32,000 nt of DNA, taken from sequence record NC_021796.1; one strand, written 5' to 3'. The notes under the pieces are model-generated. The model did no database searches, had not been told where the DNA came from, and saw only the letters and a list, made by a program, of their open reading frames with translations. Positions 6,613 to 12,800 of this stretch are shown here, in pieces. The translations under genes and the position numbers were made by a program. Numbering within the stretch: the stretch's first letter is position 1; each line of letters starts with the position of its first letter. Source of the stretch: Cellulophaga phage phi38:1.

Positions 6613-6682
6613 TGGAGTAAGCCTAGGTAGGTTAGCACGTCTTATATGCGTGTGGAGATGGGTTCGATTCCCTCTATTCCAA
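6613..6682 (+). tRNA. tRNA-Ile (TAT)
   Basis: Acceptor TGGAGTA/TATTCCA, anticodon arm CACGT-CTTATAT-GCGTG, TTCGATT T-loop; T-stem has two mismatches and D-stem is weak. Confidence 0.8.
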
Positions 6683-6702
6683 CTATTTATAAAATAAAAA
6701 GA

Positions 6703-6740
6703 TATAAGTTTTTTTATATCAAAAAAAGTTGTATATTTAC
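6703..6740 (+). promoter_or_regulatory. tRNA-array promoter cassette, copy 2
   Basis: TATAAGTTTTTTTATATCAAAAAAAGTTGTATATTTA, near-identical to copies 1 and 3. Confidence 0.8.
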
Positions 6741-6743
6741 AAT

Positions 6744-6833
6744 ATGAAAACAAACATGACATACAATAATTTCTCTTGGTATTCGAATTGTAGCTTTAGT
6801 AGCTATAATGTCGAGAGGTTGTACTTGTCTTAA
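6744..6833 (+). CDS. leader micro-ORF 2 (29 aa)
   Basis: MKTNMTYNNFSWYSNCSFSSYNVERLYLS, same position relative to the cassette as leader 1. Confidence 0.45.
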   Translation: MKTNMTYNNFSWYSNCSFSSYNVERLYLS

Positions 6834-6882
6834 AAATATATTCATTTCTTTTATTAATTTTTGATTATTAATTTTGATTTTT

Positions 6883-6918
6883 ACCCTCTTGGTCTTTCAT
6901 AGCTAGGAGGGTTTTTTG
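6883..6918 (+). terminator. intrinsic terminator preceding tRNA array 2
   Basis: ACCCTCTTGG/CTAGGAGGGT hairpin then TTTTTT. Confidence 0.8.
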
Positions 6919-6930
6919 TTTTTTATAACT

Positions 6931-7012
6931 TGCAACGTAAAGCTAGTGGTTCTAGCAGGCTGTCTGTAAAACAGTTCTTGAGAGGGGAGTGGTTCGATTC
7001 CGCACGGTGCAA
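6931..7012 (+). tRNA. tRNA-Tyr (GTA)
   Basis: Anticodon arm GCTGT-CTGTAAA-ACAGT, long variable arm, D-arm GCTA..TAGC, TTCGATT T-loop. Confidence 0.9.
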
Positions 7013-7019
7013 CAATAAT

Positions 7020-7109
7020 GGAAGAGTAAGCCAAGTAGGTCTACTGGTCGCTGTCTTGAAAACAGTTGGGGTTTAAAAGCCCGTGTGGGTTCGAGCCCCA
7101 CTTCTTCCG
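7020..7109 (+). tRNA. tRNA-Ser (TGA)
   Basis: Acceptor GGAAGAG/TTCTTCC, anticodon arm GCTGT-CTTGAAA-ACAGT, long variable arm, T-arm GTGGG-TTCGAGC-CCCAC. Confidence 0.93.
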
Positions 7110-7114
7110 CATTT

Positions 7115-7199
7115 AGAGAGGTGTCTGAGTGGCTTAAGGTACTACTTTGCTAAAGTAGTGGGGTTAACGCCTCCGAGGGTTCGAATCCCTTCTTCTCTA
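7115..7199 (+). tRNA. tRNA-Ser (GCT)
   Basis: Acceptor AGAGAGG/CTTCTCT, anticodon arm CTACT-TTGCTAA-AGTAG, long variable arm. Confidence 0.93.
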
Positions 7200-7208
7200 C
7201 AAACACAC

Positions 7209-7280
7209 GGCTAGGTAGCTCAGAGGAAGAGCAGGCGCCTGTTAAGCGTCAGGTCGAGATATCGTAATTCTCCCTAGCCT
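7209..7280 (+). tRNA. tRNA-Asn (GTT), atypical T-loop
   Basis: Acceptor GGCTAGG/CCTAGCC, D-arm GCTC..GAGC, anticodon arm GGCGC-CTGTTAA-GCGTC; T-loop reads ATCGTAA instead of TTCNANN. Confidence 0.85.
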
Positions 7281-7287
7281 CTTTAAT

Positions 7288-7359
7288 ATGTCTCAGCATA
7301 AGGTATGCAGTCGGTCTCCAAAACCGTACATGGACAAGGTTCGATTCCTTGGGGGCGTG
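7288..7359 (+). tRNA. tRNA-Trp (CCA)
   Basis: D-arm GCAT..ATGC, anticodon arm CGGT-CTCCAAA-ACCG, T-arm CAAGG-TTCGATT-CCTTG; acceptor rich in G-U pairs. Confidence 0.85.
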
Positions 7360-7362
7360 CAA

Positions 7363-7436
7363 TAAAACAACAGAGCATCCTATAATGTAAAGGAGCCGCC
7401 ATAAAATCCGAGAGAAGGTCTTGGCTGTTGTTTTTT
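7363..7436 (+). terminator. long stem terminator-like element with internal structure
   Basis: AAAACAACAG..CTGTTGTTTT (10 bp) enclosing TCCT..AGGA, followed by a T-run. Confidence 0.65.
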
Positions 7437-7439
7437 AAT

Positions 7440-7512
7440 GCGTTAGAAGCTAACTTGGTAGAAGCACTGGCTTGAAATCCCAGAGGAGTAGGTTCGATTC
7501 CTACCTATCGCA
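7440..7512 (+). tRNA. tRNA-Phe (GAA)
   Basis: Acceptor GCGTTAG/CTATCGC (one mismatch), anticodon loop TTGAAAT, T-arm GTAGG-TTCGATT-CCTAC. Confidence 0.9.
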
Positions 7513-7518
7513 CTTATA

Positions 7519-7588
7519 TCGGAGATCCTGACGGAGAAGGGGCCTGTCTGCAAAACTGCGCTATACCGGTTCAATTCCGGTCTCCGAT
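7519..7588 (+). tRNA. tRNA-Cys (GCA)
   Basis: Acceptor TCGGAGA/TCTCCGA, anticodon loop CTGCAAA, T-arm ACCGG-TTCAATT-CCGGT; anticodon stem has mismatches. Confidence 0.85.
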
Positions 7589-7640
7589 TCTTATGTTTGT
7601 ATTTTTCGTACCTTTACTACTTAACGTTAAACAAACAACA

Positions 7641-7934
7641 ATGAGAAGAACTACAAGAAAAACTGTGCCAACTAATAAAACTGCGCCTAAGAAAAACGTA
7701 ACAATCAAATCTGATAAGAGTAGTGTTGCAAGTACCAAGGCTAAAAAATACACTGTTAAGACAAGTGGCAAGCTTAAGAAAGAAGAAGAAGCTAGAGGAA
7801 CTAGGGGTCGTAATGACGCCAATAGATCTGCAGCCTTTAAGAAAGATGTAGAGAAGGCCGGAGGTATGAGTGCATATACTAAGAAATTAACTGATGCAAA
7901 GAAGAGGGTCAAGAAGAATCCAACAAGAATCTAA
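7641..7934 (+). CDS. small highly basic protein (97 aa)
   Basis: Internal ATG of the track ORF gives MRRTTRKTVPTNKTAPKKNV...; very Lys/Arg rich; sits inside the tRNA region. Confidence 0.7.
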   Translation: MRRTTRKTVPTNKTAPKKNVTIKSDKSSVASTKAKKYTVKTSGKLKKEEEARGTRGRNDANRSAAFKKDVEKAGGMSAYTKKLTDAKKRVKKNPTRI

Positions 7935-7942
7935 TATAAAAC

Positions 7943-7983
7943 AGTATAAGTTTTTTTATATCAAAAAAAAGTTGTATATTTAC
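7943..7983 (+). promoter_or_regulatory. tRNA-array promoter cassette, copy 3
   Basis: GTATAAGTTTTTTTATATCAAAAAAAAGTTGTATATTTA, near-identical to copies 1 and 2. Confidence 0.8.
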
Positions 7984-7986
7984 AAT

Positions 7987-8076
7987 ATGAACGTAACGCT
8001 ATTACATCAAGAGCCCTTAGAACAACTTCGATTACCATCGAGGGTGCCTTATTATGGGATTGATGAACTATCATAG
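7987..8076 (+). CDS. leader micro-ORF 3 (29 aa)
   Basis: MNVTLLHQEPLEQLRLPSRVPYYGIDELS, same position relative to the cassette as leaders 1 and 2. Confidence 0.45.
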   Translation: MNVTLLHQEPLEQLRLPSRVPYYGIDELS

Positions 8077-8099
8077 TTTACAACGCACAATATCCTATT

Positions 8100-8138
8100 A
8101 AGAGCCCCTTTGGTATAAACCATTGGGGCTTTTTTTAT
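8100..8138 (+). terminator. intrinsic terminator preceding tRNA array 3
   Basis: AGCCCC..GGGGCT then TTTTTTT. Confidence 0.8.
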
Positions 8139-8140
8139 TT

Positions 8141-8212
8141 CGAGTAGTGACAAAATTGGCACGTGCCGACCTTGGACGTCGGAGAATGCAGGTTCGATCC
8201 CTGCCTACTCGA
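8141..8212 (+). tRNA. tRNA-Pro (TGG)
   Basis: Acceptor CGAGTAG/CTACTCG, anticodon arm CCGAC-CTTGGAC-GTCGG, T-arm GCAGG-TTCGATC-CCTGC. Confidence 0.92.
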
Positions 8213-8221
8213 CTTTGATTT

Positions 8222-8296
8222 GCTATCGTCTTCTAAATGGAATAGGAATCCACCCTTTCAAGGTGTGCAATGCGAGTTCAAGTCTCGTCGATAGTA
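8222..8296 (+). tRNA. tRNA-Glu (TTC)
   Basis: Acceptor GCTATCG/CGATAGT, anticodon loop CTTTCAA, T-arm GCGAG-TTCAAGT-CTCGT. Confidence 0.87.
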
Positions 8297-8342
8297 CGAA
8301 GGTTGTTTGCTAGTATCTCCCAACAAAGTAGAAACTAGACAT

Positions 8343-8414
8343 TGGAGTATGATGTAACGGTTAGCATGACTGGTTTTGAGCCAGTTCGTCGGGGTTCGAA
8401 TCCCTGTACTCCAT
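8343..8414 (+). tRNA. tRNA-Gln (TTG)
   Basis: Acceptor TGGAGTA/TACTCCA, anticodon arm ACTGG-TTTTGAG-CCAGT, T-arm CGGGG-TTCGAAT-CCCTG. Confidence 0.92.
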
Positions 8415-8425
8415 CTTATAAGAGT

Positions 8426-8499
8426 CCTCCGTTGCGCCAAATTGGAAAGGCGGTCAAGCTGTGAACTTGATTACATGGGTTCGATTCCCATACGGTTGT
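8426..8499 (+). tRNA. tRNA-His (GTG)
   Basis: D-arm CGCC..GGCG, anticodon arm TCAAG-CTGTGAA-CTTGA, T-arm ATGGG-TTCGATT-CCCAT; acceptor pairing imperfect. Confidence 0.8.
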
Positions 8500-8538
8500 C
8501 CAACACGGGGTAGTGTCATAATGTCATACCCCTTTTAT

Positions 8539-8621
8539 GCCGGAGTGAGTAAAAAAGAGAATGGCAGATCATTGGGTCTTAGAAACCCAGACTTTTGGGG
8601 GTTCGAATCCCTCCTCCGGTA
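8539..8621 (+). tRNA. tRNA-Leu (TAG)
   Basis: Acceptor GCCGGAG/CTCCGGT, anticodon arm TGGGT-CTTAGAA-ACCCA, TTCGAAT T-loop. Confidence 0.92.
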
Positions 8622-8630
8622 CTTATTAAT

Positions 8631-8713
8631 GCATCCATGGTGGAAAGGGCTATACACTACAGGCTTAAAACCTGTCGCCGAAAGGATTGGGGGTTCGAAT
8701 CCCTCTGGATGCA
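8631..8713 (+). tRNA. tRNA-Leu (TAA)
   Basis: Acceptor GCATCCA/TGGATGC, anticodon arm ACAGG-CTTAAAA-CCTGT, TTCGAAT T-loop. Confidence 0.93.
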
Positions 8714-8720
8714 CTTTCAC

Positions 8721-8792
8721 ACTTCTATAGCTTAACGGAAAAGCGTTCCGCTACGAACGGATAGATTGGGGGTTCGAATCCCTCTAGAAGTT
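8721..8792 (+). tRNA. tRNA-Arg (ACG)
   Basis: Acceptor ACTTCTA/TAGAAGT, anticodon loop CTACGAA, T-arm GGGGG-TTCGAAT-CCCTC. Confidence 0.9.
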
Positions 8793-8798
8793 CTTAAA

Positions 8799-8834
8799 CA
8801 AAAAAAGCCATCTAATTAAAGGTGGCTTTCTTAT
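8799..8834 (+). terminator. terminator of tRNA array 3 (possibly bidirectional)
   Basis: AAAAAAGCCATC..GGTGGCTTTCTT hairpin. Confidence 0.65.
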
Positions 8835-8853
8835 TTTCAACTGGTGGTTGGTG

Positions 8854-9006
8854 CTAGGCTAATTTGGATTTGCCCCTAATTTTAAAAGATAGGGCATCCT
8901 TCACCTTGCTATTTTTTCGTTTATAAACTCGAGCAGTCGAATCTTCTTTCTTAGAATCCAACTTACTATTCTTCTTACTTTCTATTTTATGGTCTTTATA
9001 TCTCAT
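8854..9006 (-). CDS. small basic hypothetical protein (50 aa)
   Basis: Minus-strand ATG...TAG reading MRYKDHKIESKKNSKLDSKKEDSTARVYKRKNSKVKDALSFKIRGKSKLA; below the track length cutoff. Confidence 0.5.
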   Translation of the reverse strand: MRYKDHKIESKKNSKLDSKKEDSTARVYKRKNSKVKDALSFKIRGKSKLA

Positions 9007-9029
9007 ATCTTATCTCGGGGCTAGGTTAT

Positions 9030-9410
9030 CTATATTCTATTATATCTATATTTATTATCTAATAATATACTTTAGGTAATCCTCTCTGGATATAGCTTCG
9101 CTAAAGAGTAAAACCCGTTAGAGTGATACAATTTAGACGAAAACATATAACTTAATTTGGTTTAGAAGCTTGCGCTCTTTAGTATAAACCTCCTGTTATA
9201 ATGGGAGCCATAAATGGCGGAGGAATTGCCTCTCTTACTCCAAACACTCCTCAGTGTTCCTTCGCTCGAATAACTATCTTAGCACGCCTATCCTTGGCCA
9301 GAACGATATGTAGCCCGACTAACTACTTCCCTATTCGCTAGGTTCTTTATCTTCGGTACTTAGTTTGAGTAAGTCAAACCCTTAGAAACTCTTCGTATGT
9401 AATATGTTGT
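9030..9410 (-). ncRNA. candidate structured noncoding RNA
   Basis: No ORF; minus-strand hairpins GTTTGA/TCAAAC, GTAG/CTAC, AACACT-GAGG-AGTGTT, GCCAT/ATGGC inside CCTCC/GGAGG, GGTTTA/TAAACC enclosing a GCAA-capped stem, TAGC-GAA-GCTA. Confidence 0.5.
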
Positions 9411-9446
9411 AAATATAGTAAAAATAAAGCGTGTATGCAAATATAC
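9410..9446 (-). promoter_or_regulatory. candidate leftward promoter(s) for the 9030-9410 RNA
   Basis: Minus-strand TATATTTG (9446-9439) and TATATTTA (9417-9410), same box as other promoters here. Confidence 0.45.
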
Positions 9447-9573
9447 AAATAATTATTTTATACTTTTTTACCCCCCCCAAATAATTTAATTATGTAAAAC
9501 GCTAATAGTCAACAACTTATAAAATAAATTAAAAATAATTGAAAATAAATTAGGTTTAACAGACTTTATGTAC

Positions 9574-9581
9574 TATCTTTG
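9574..9581 (+). promoter_or_regulatory. TAnnTTTG -7 box
   Basis: TATCTTTG upstream of the 9584/9611 gene. Confidence 0.55.
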
Positions 9582-9610
9582 TAATGAGCAAAACAAAAAC
9601 AATTTGTATT

Positions 9611-9814
9611 ATGAAAGATTTTATAGGCGTAGGATTAAAGATTGGAGATAAGGTAGGATTTGTTGTACCGAGGTACAGAACCCTTAAAGAGGGTACTATA
9701 TTAAAACTAGGTAATAAGATGGCCACCATAGGATATCCTGATAGCAAAGGAAAAGAAGTTAAGGTTACTAGATACTACTCACAAGTAGTTTTCGTAGGGA
9801 GTGCCACTAAGTAA
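9611..9814 (+). CDS. hypothetical small protein
   Basis: Track ORF 9584-9814; the internal ATG at 9611 (MKDFIGVGLKIGDKVGF...) is better placed relative to the promoter box. Confidence 0.7.
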   Translation: MKDFIGVGLKIGDKVGFVVPRYRTLKEGTILKLGNKMATIGYPDSKGKEVKVTRYYSQVVFVGSATK

Positions 9815-9843
9815 TCAAATAAAATAATCAAAAATTAATAAAG

Positions 9844-10557
9844 ATGGATAATAAGAAATACGTAGCATACTACAGGGCGTCGACAGAAAGCCAAAGAGAT
9901 GGAATAGGTCTAGAAGTTCAAAAGAGTTCGGTAGAGGCGTTTGTTAAGTCTTACGGCGGAACTATAGTAGAAGAGGTTAGCGAGATAATCTCGGGTGGGG
10001 CCCAAGTTCGAGAAGGATTTGATAAGGCATTAGAACTTTGTAAGAAACACTCTGCGGTATTACTGGTTCACCGCATAGATAGATTATCTAGAGCAGGGTT
10101 TATGACCATAGCAAAGCTAGAGGAGAAGGGTGTTCCTTTTATAGAAGCTGATTCACCTCACGATAGCGAGTTCTCTAAAAACATCAAGTTCTTAATTGCT
10201 AAAGAAGAAAAAGATAAAACTCAGAGAAGGGTAAAAGACGCCTTAGGCCAGATAAAGGCCAATATAGAATCTGACGGATACCATATTACTAAAGCCGGTG
10301 ATCGAATCACTTCTTTAGGCAACCCTCAGAATCTCTCTGATATGGCCAGAGAGCGCTCTAAAGTAATTAGAAAGGCAAAGGCCATTGCTAACGAGAACAA
10401 CCGTAGAGCGTACGCTATGGCATCTAGAATGAAGTCTAACAAGAGTACTTTAAAGCAGATAGCAGATTACCTTAATAAAAACGGATTTGAAACATCTAAA
10501 GGAAATAAATTTTACCCAATACAAGTAAGCAACTTAATCAAATTATATGAAAACTAA
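9844..10557 (+). CDS. serine recombinase (resolvase/invertase family)
   Basis: 237 aa; N-terminal YYRASTESQRDGIGL with catalytic-Ser motif, VHRIDRLSR, C-terminal STLKQIADYLNKNGFETSKGNKFYPIQVSNLI typical of recombinase-domain HTH. Confidence 0.9.
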   Translation: MDNKKYVAYYRASTESQRDGIGLEVQKSSVEAFVKSYGGTIVEEVSEIISGGAQVREGFDKALELCKKHSAVLLVHRIDRLSRAGFMTIAKLEEKGVPFIEADSPHDSEFSKNIKFLIAKEEKDKTQRRVKDALGQIKANIESDGYHITKAGDRITSLGNPQNLSDMARERSKVIRKAKAIANENNRRAYAMASRMKSNKSTLKQIADYLNKNGFETSKGNKFYPIQVSNLIKLYEN

Positions 10558-10729
10558 TATGAAAGTTAATATAGAGAATTTAATCGATAAGAGTCCTAGG
10601 GAGTTGAACATCCTTAAGAAAGAGTATTTAGATAACATGGATTTCGTAAGCGCTTGCGAGGTAAAGAGCTTCGCTAGGCATTGTACAAAAATAAAAATGT
10701 TGGTGAAAAGGGGGGGTCAAGAACAATAA
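10547..10729 (+). CDS. hypothetical small protein
   Basis: 60-aa ORF overlapping the recombinase stop by 11 nt. Confidence 0.65.
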   Translation: MKTNMKVNIENLIDKSPRELNILKKEYLDNMDFVSACEVKSFARHCTKIKMLVKRGGQEQ

Positions 10730-10740
10730 AATAAAAGGGT

Positions 10741-10748
10741 TATCTTTG
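10741..10748 (+). promoter_or_regulatory. TAnnTTTG -7 box
   Basis: TATCTTTG 31 nt before the start codon of the 10779 ORF. Confidence 0.55.
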
Positions 10749-10778
10749 TAGTGTAACAAATTATAAACAACACAAACA

Positions 10779-11321
10779 ATGGGAAAAGGAATAGCAGCAT
10801 TATCGTACTTACCTAAAGTAGATATTTTATTCCCTGCAGAAAACGCAGCTTGTTCAACTGACGCTCTTAAAGGGGCAGCATTCTTAGTTTCAAAACTACA
10901 AGCAAACGGTACCGCAGACGGAACATACTCTAACTTAATATCAAAAGGTAACTCTCCTTACAGCACATCTAAGTGGACTGTAGTGGTAGCAGACTCAGGA
11001 ACTACATTTACATGTACTTTCGTAGAAGAAGAAACAGTTCAATCAGGGGCTAGCGGTAGATCTGCATTGACTACAAGACGTCCTGTAAGTTTAGTTAGAG
11101 CTACCGGAGGTACTTTCGACTTTAACACAAGGTCAGTATTGGCACTTATAAACTTCATTGAGAAGATGGAGGATAAGGTAGCACAGACAGCCGACGATAA
11201 CGCAGGAGATGGCACTTTAACAGAGCTGACTCTAAGAGGGTTCACACCTTTCGACGCATTTGTTTGGACTATCACTAAGCTAGACGATGTATATACAGTA
11301 GTGTCTACAGAAGGATCATAA
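10779..11321 (+). CDS. hypothetical protein, possibly structural
   Basis: 180-aa ORF with its own promoter box and terminator. Confidence 0.85.
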   Translation: MGKGIAALSYLPKVDILFPAENAACSTDALKGAAFLVSKLQANGTADGTYSNLISKGNSPYSTSKWTVVVADSGTTFTCTFVEEETVQSGASGRSALTTRRPVSLVRATGGTFDFNTRSVLALINFIEKMEDKVAQTADDNAGDGTLTELTLRGFTPFDAFVWTITKLDDVYTVVSTEGS

Positions 11322-11347
11322 TAACATAAACACCAACCAACCAAAGA

Positions 11348-11378
11348 GTTAAGGCCAAAAGCTTTAGCTCTTTTTTCA
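11348..11378 (+). terminator. intrinsic terminator
   Basis: AAAGAGTTAAGGCC..GCTTTAGCTC then TTTTTT. Confidence 0.75.
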
Positions 11379-11379
11379 T

Positions 11380-11961
11380 TTGTATATGTCAGGTAAATTA
11401 CTTACCTTTACTACAATGGATGACAAATTAATTAAAAGGAGAGAGCACGAAGGCTTCGTCCATGAGAGGATAACAGAAGATATCTTATTTAAAAGGATGG
11501 CATTAAAGAAGCAGAAAGATTATAAGAAGAAGGTAAGGGTTGCTAATTTAGATTACAACTTCTTGCAGTACTCTTATATGGTAAGGGAGTGGGCTAAGAG
11601 AAACCACAACCTGACAGATAGGCAGATAGGGATACTCTTCTACATATATCCACTACAAATATTTACAGTCCAACAATTTAAAGACGCTATTAAAGAGATG
11701 GGAATAAGTGATTATACTCAGTTCGGAAAATTACGTAAAGAGGGTTGGATAATAGAGTGGGCCAAATCTGAGAGAATAAAGTACTTCGTATTAAGCCACA
11801 AAGGAAACGAGCTAATGAAGAGGTGCCACAAGATGTTCATGTTGGAGGAGGAGATACCAATGAGCGCTAGGAGAAATGTAATAGTGAGGAGTAACAAAAA
11901 AGCAGACGAAGGGTTAATAGGGCTTTTCAAATTATTTAACGACAAAGTAAAAAACAAGTAG
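11380..11961 (+). CDS. putative winged-helix DNA-binding protein
   Basis: 193-aa ORF; region LTDRQIGILFYIYPLQIFTVQQFKDAIKEMGISDYTQFGKLRKEGWIIE...YFVLSHKGNEL resembles a wHTH fold. Confidence 0.6.
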   Translation: MYMSGKLLTFTTMDDKLIKRREHEGFVHERITEDILFKRMALKKQKDYKKKVRVANLDYNFLQYSYMVREWAKRNHNLTDRQIGILFYIYPLQIFTVQQFKDAIKEMGISDYTQFGKLRKEGWIIEWAKSERIKYFVLSHKGNELMKRCHKMFMLEEEIPMSARRNVIVRSNKKADEGLIGLFKLFNDKVKNK

Positions 11962-11962
11962 T

Positions 11963-12424
11963 ATGGCAACAGCAAAAAACAGTAAAGCAAAGACAACAGC
12001 AGCGACAAAGGCAGAAGATAAGGTAGAGGCTAGCCACAAAGCTAAGCTAAAGGAGGTAGACAACACTCCGGAGAAGTTAGAAAGTGACAGATTAAGCAAC
12101 ATCGCAAAAACGTGTCACGAGGTGAACCGAGCGTATTGCGAGGGTCATAATGATATGTCACAAGCCCCTTGGGAAGAGGTTCCAGATAATATTAAAAACT
12201 CTGCTATAGACGGTGTTAAGTTCGCACTAGCTAATCCAAAAGCAACATCAAAATCTATGCACGACAACTGGCTTGCGTTTAAGATAGAAGACGGTTGGGT
12301 GTACGGAGAGACTAAAGATATTGAGAAAAAAGAACACAATTGTTTAGTTGCATATGAGGAACTTCCTCTAGCTCAGAGGGTTAAAGACAGTTTGTTCCTA
12401 ACAGTAGTTAGAAGTTTTGAGTAA
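11963..12424 (+). CDS. RyR-domain protein
   Basis: C-terminal KSMHDNWLAFKIEDGWVYGETKDIEKKEHNCLVAYEELPLAQR matches the RyR repeat pattern (W..GW.YG..kD...K.H.clv.YeeLp). Confidence 0.8.
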   Translation: MATAKNSKAKTTAATKAEDKVEASHKAKLKEVDNTPEKLESDRLSNIAKTCHEVNRAYCEGHNDMSQAPWEEVPDNIKNSAIDGVKFALANPKATSKSMHDNWLAFKIEDGWVYGETKDIEKKEHNCLVAYEELPLAQRVKDSLFLTVVRSFE

Positions 12425-12456
12425 TATAAACCTATTTTAGAAAGGAGGTTAACTAG

Positions 12457-12492
12457 AGGCAAGGGGGGTTCATTTATGTTCCTCCCTTTTTT
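12457..12492 (+). terminator. intrinsic terminator
   Basis: GGGGGG ttcatttatgtt CCTCCC followed by TTTTTTT. Confidence 0.7.
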
Positions 12493-12521
12493 TGTACCTT
12501 TACATTAAAATTTATATAAAT

Positions 12522-12797
12522 ATGGCACCACCAAAAAAGAAGGGCGCTTTAAGTAAATCAGCTAAATTTTATAGGGATAATCCTACAGCTAGAAAGAAAA
12601 AAGCAGCCGACGATAAAAAAATAAACGCAAGACCAGAACAGAAAAAGAAAAGATCTGAATCAGGGTCGAAGAGATACGCTGCTAAAAAGTCCGGCAAGAA
12701 TATTTCTGGAAAAGACTACGATCATGCGGTAGGGAAGTTTGTTTCTTCTTCTACTAACAGAGGTAGAAAAGGAGAAGGCGGACGGAAGAAAAAATAA
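12522..12797 (+). CDS. small highly basic protein
   Basis: Internal ATG of the track ORF gives MAPPKKKGALSKSAKFYRDNPTARKKKAADD...; similar composition to the 7641-7934 product. Confidence 0.75.
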   Translation: MAPPKKKGALSKSAKFYRDNPTARKKKAADDKKINARPEQKKKRSESGSKRYAAKKSGKNISGKDYDHAVGKFVSSSTNRGRKGEGGRKKK

Positions 12798-12800
12798 CTA

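Noticed and set aside
9030-9410. tmRNA or RNase P RNA
   Set aside because: No tRNA-like ends, no tag reading frame and no P4-like GAGGAAAGTCC/ACAGAA signature seen on either strand.
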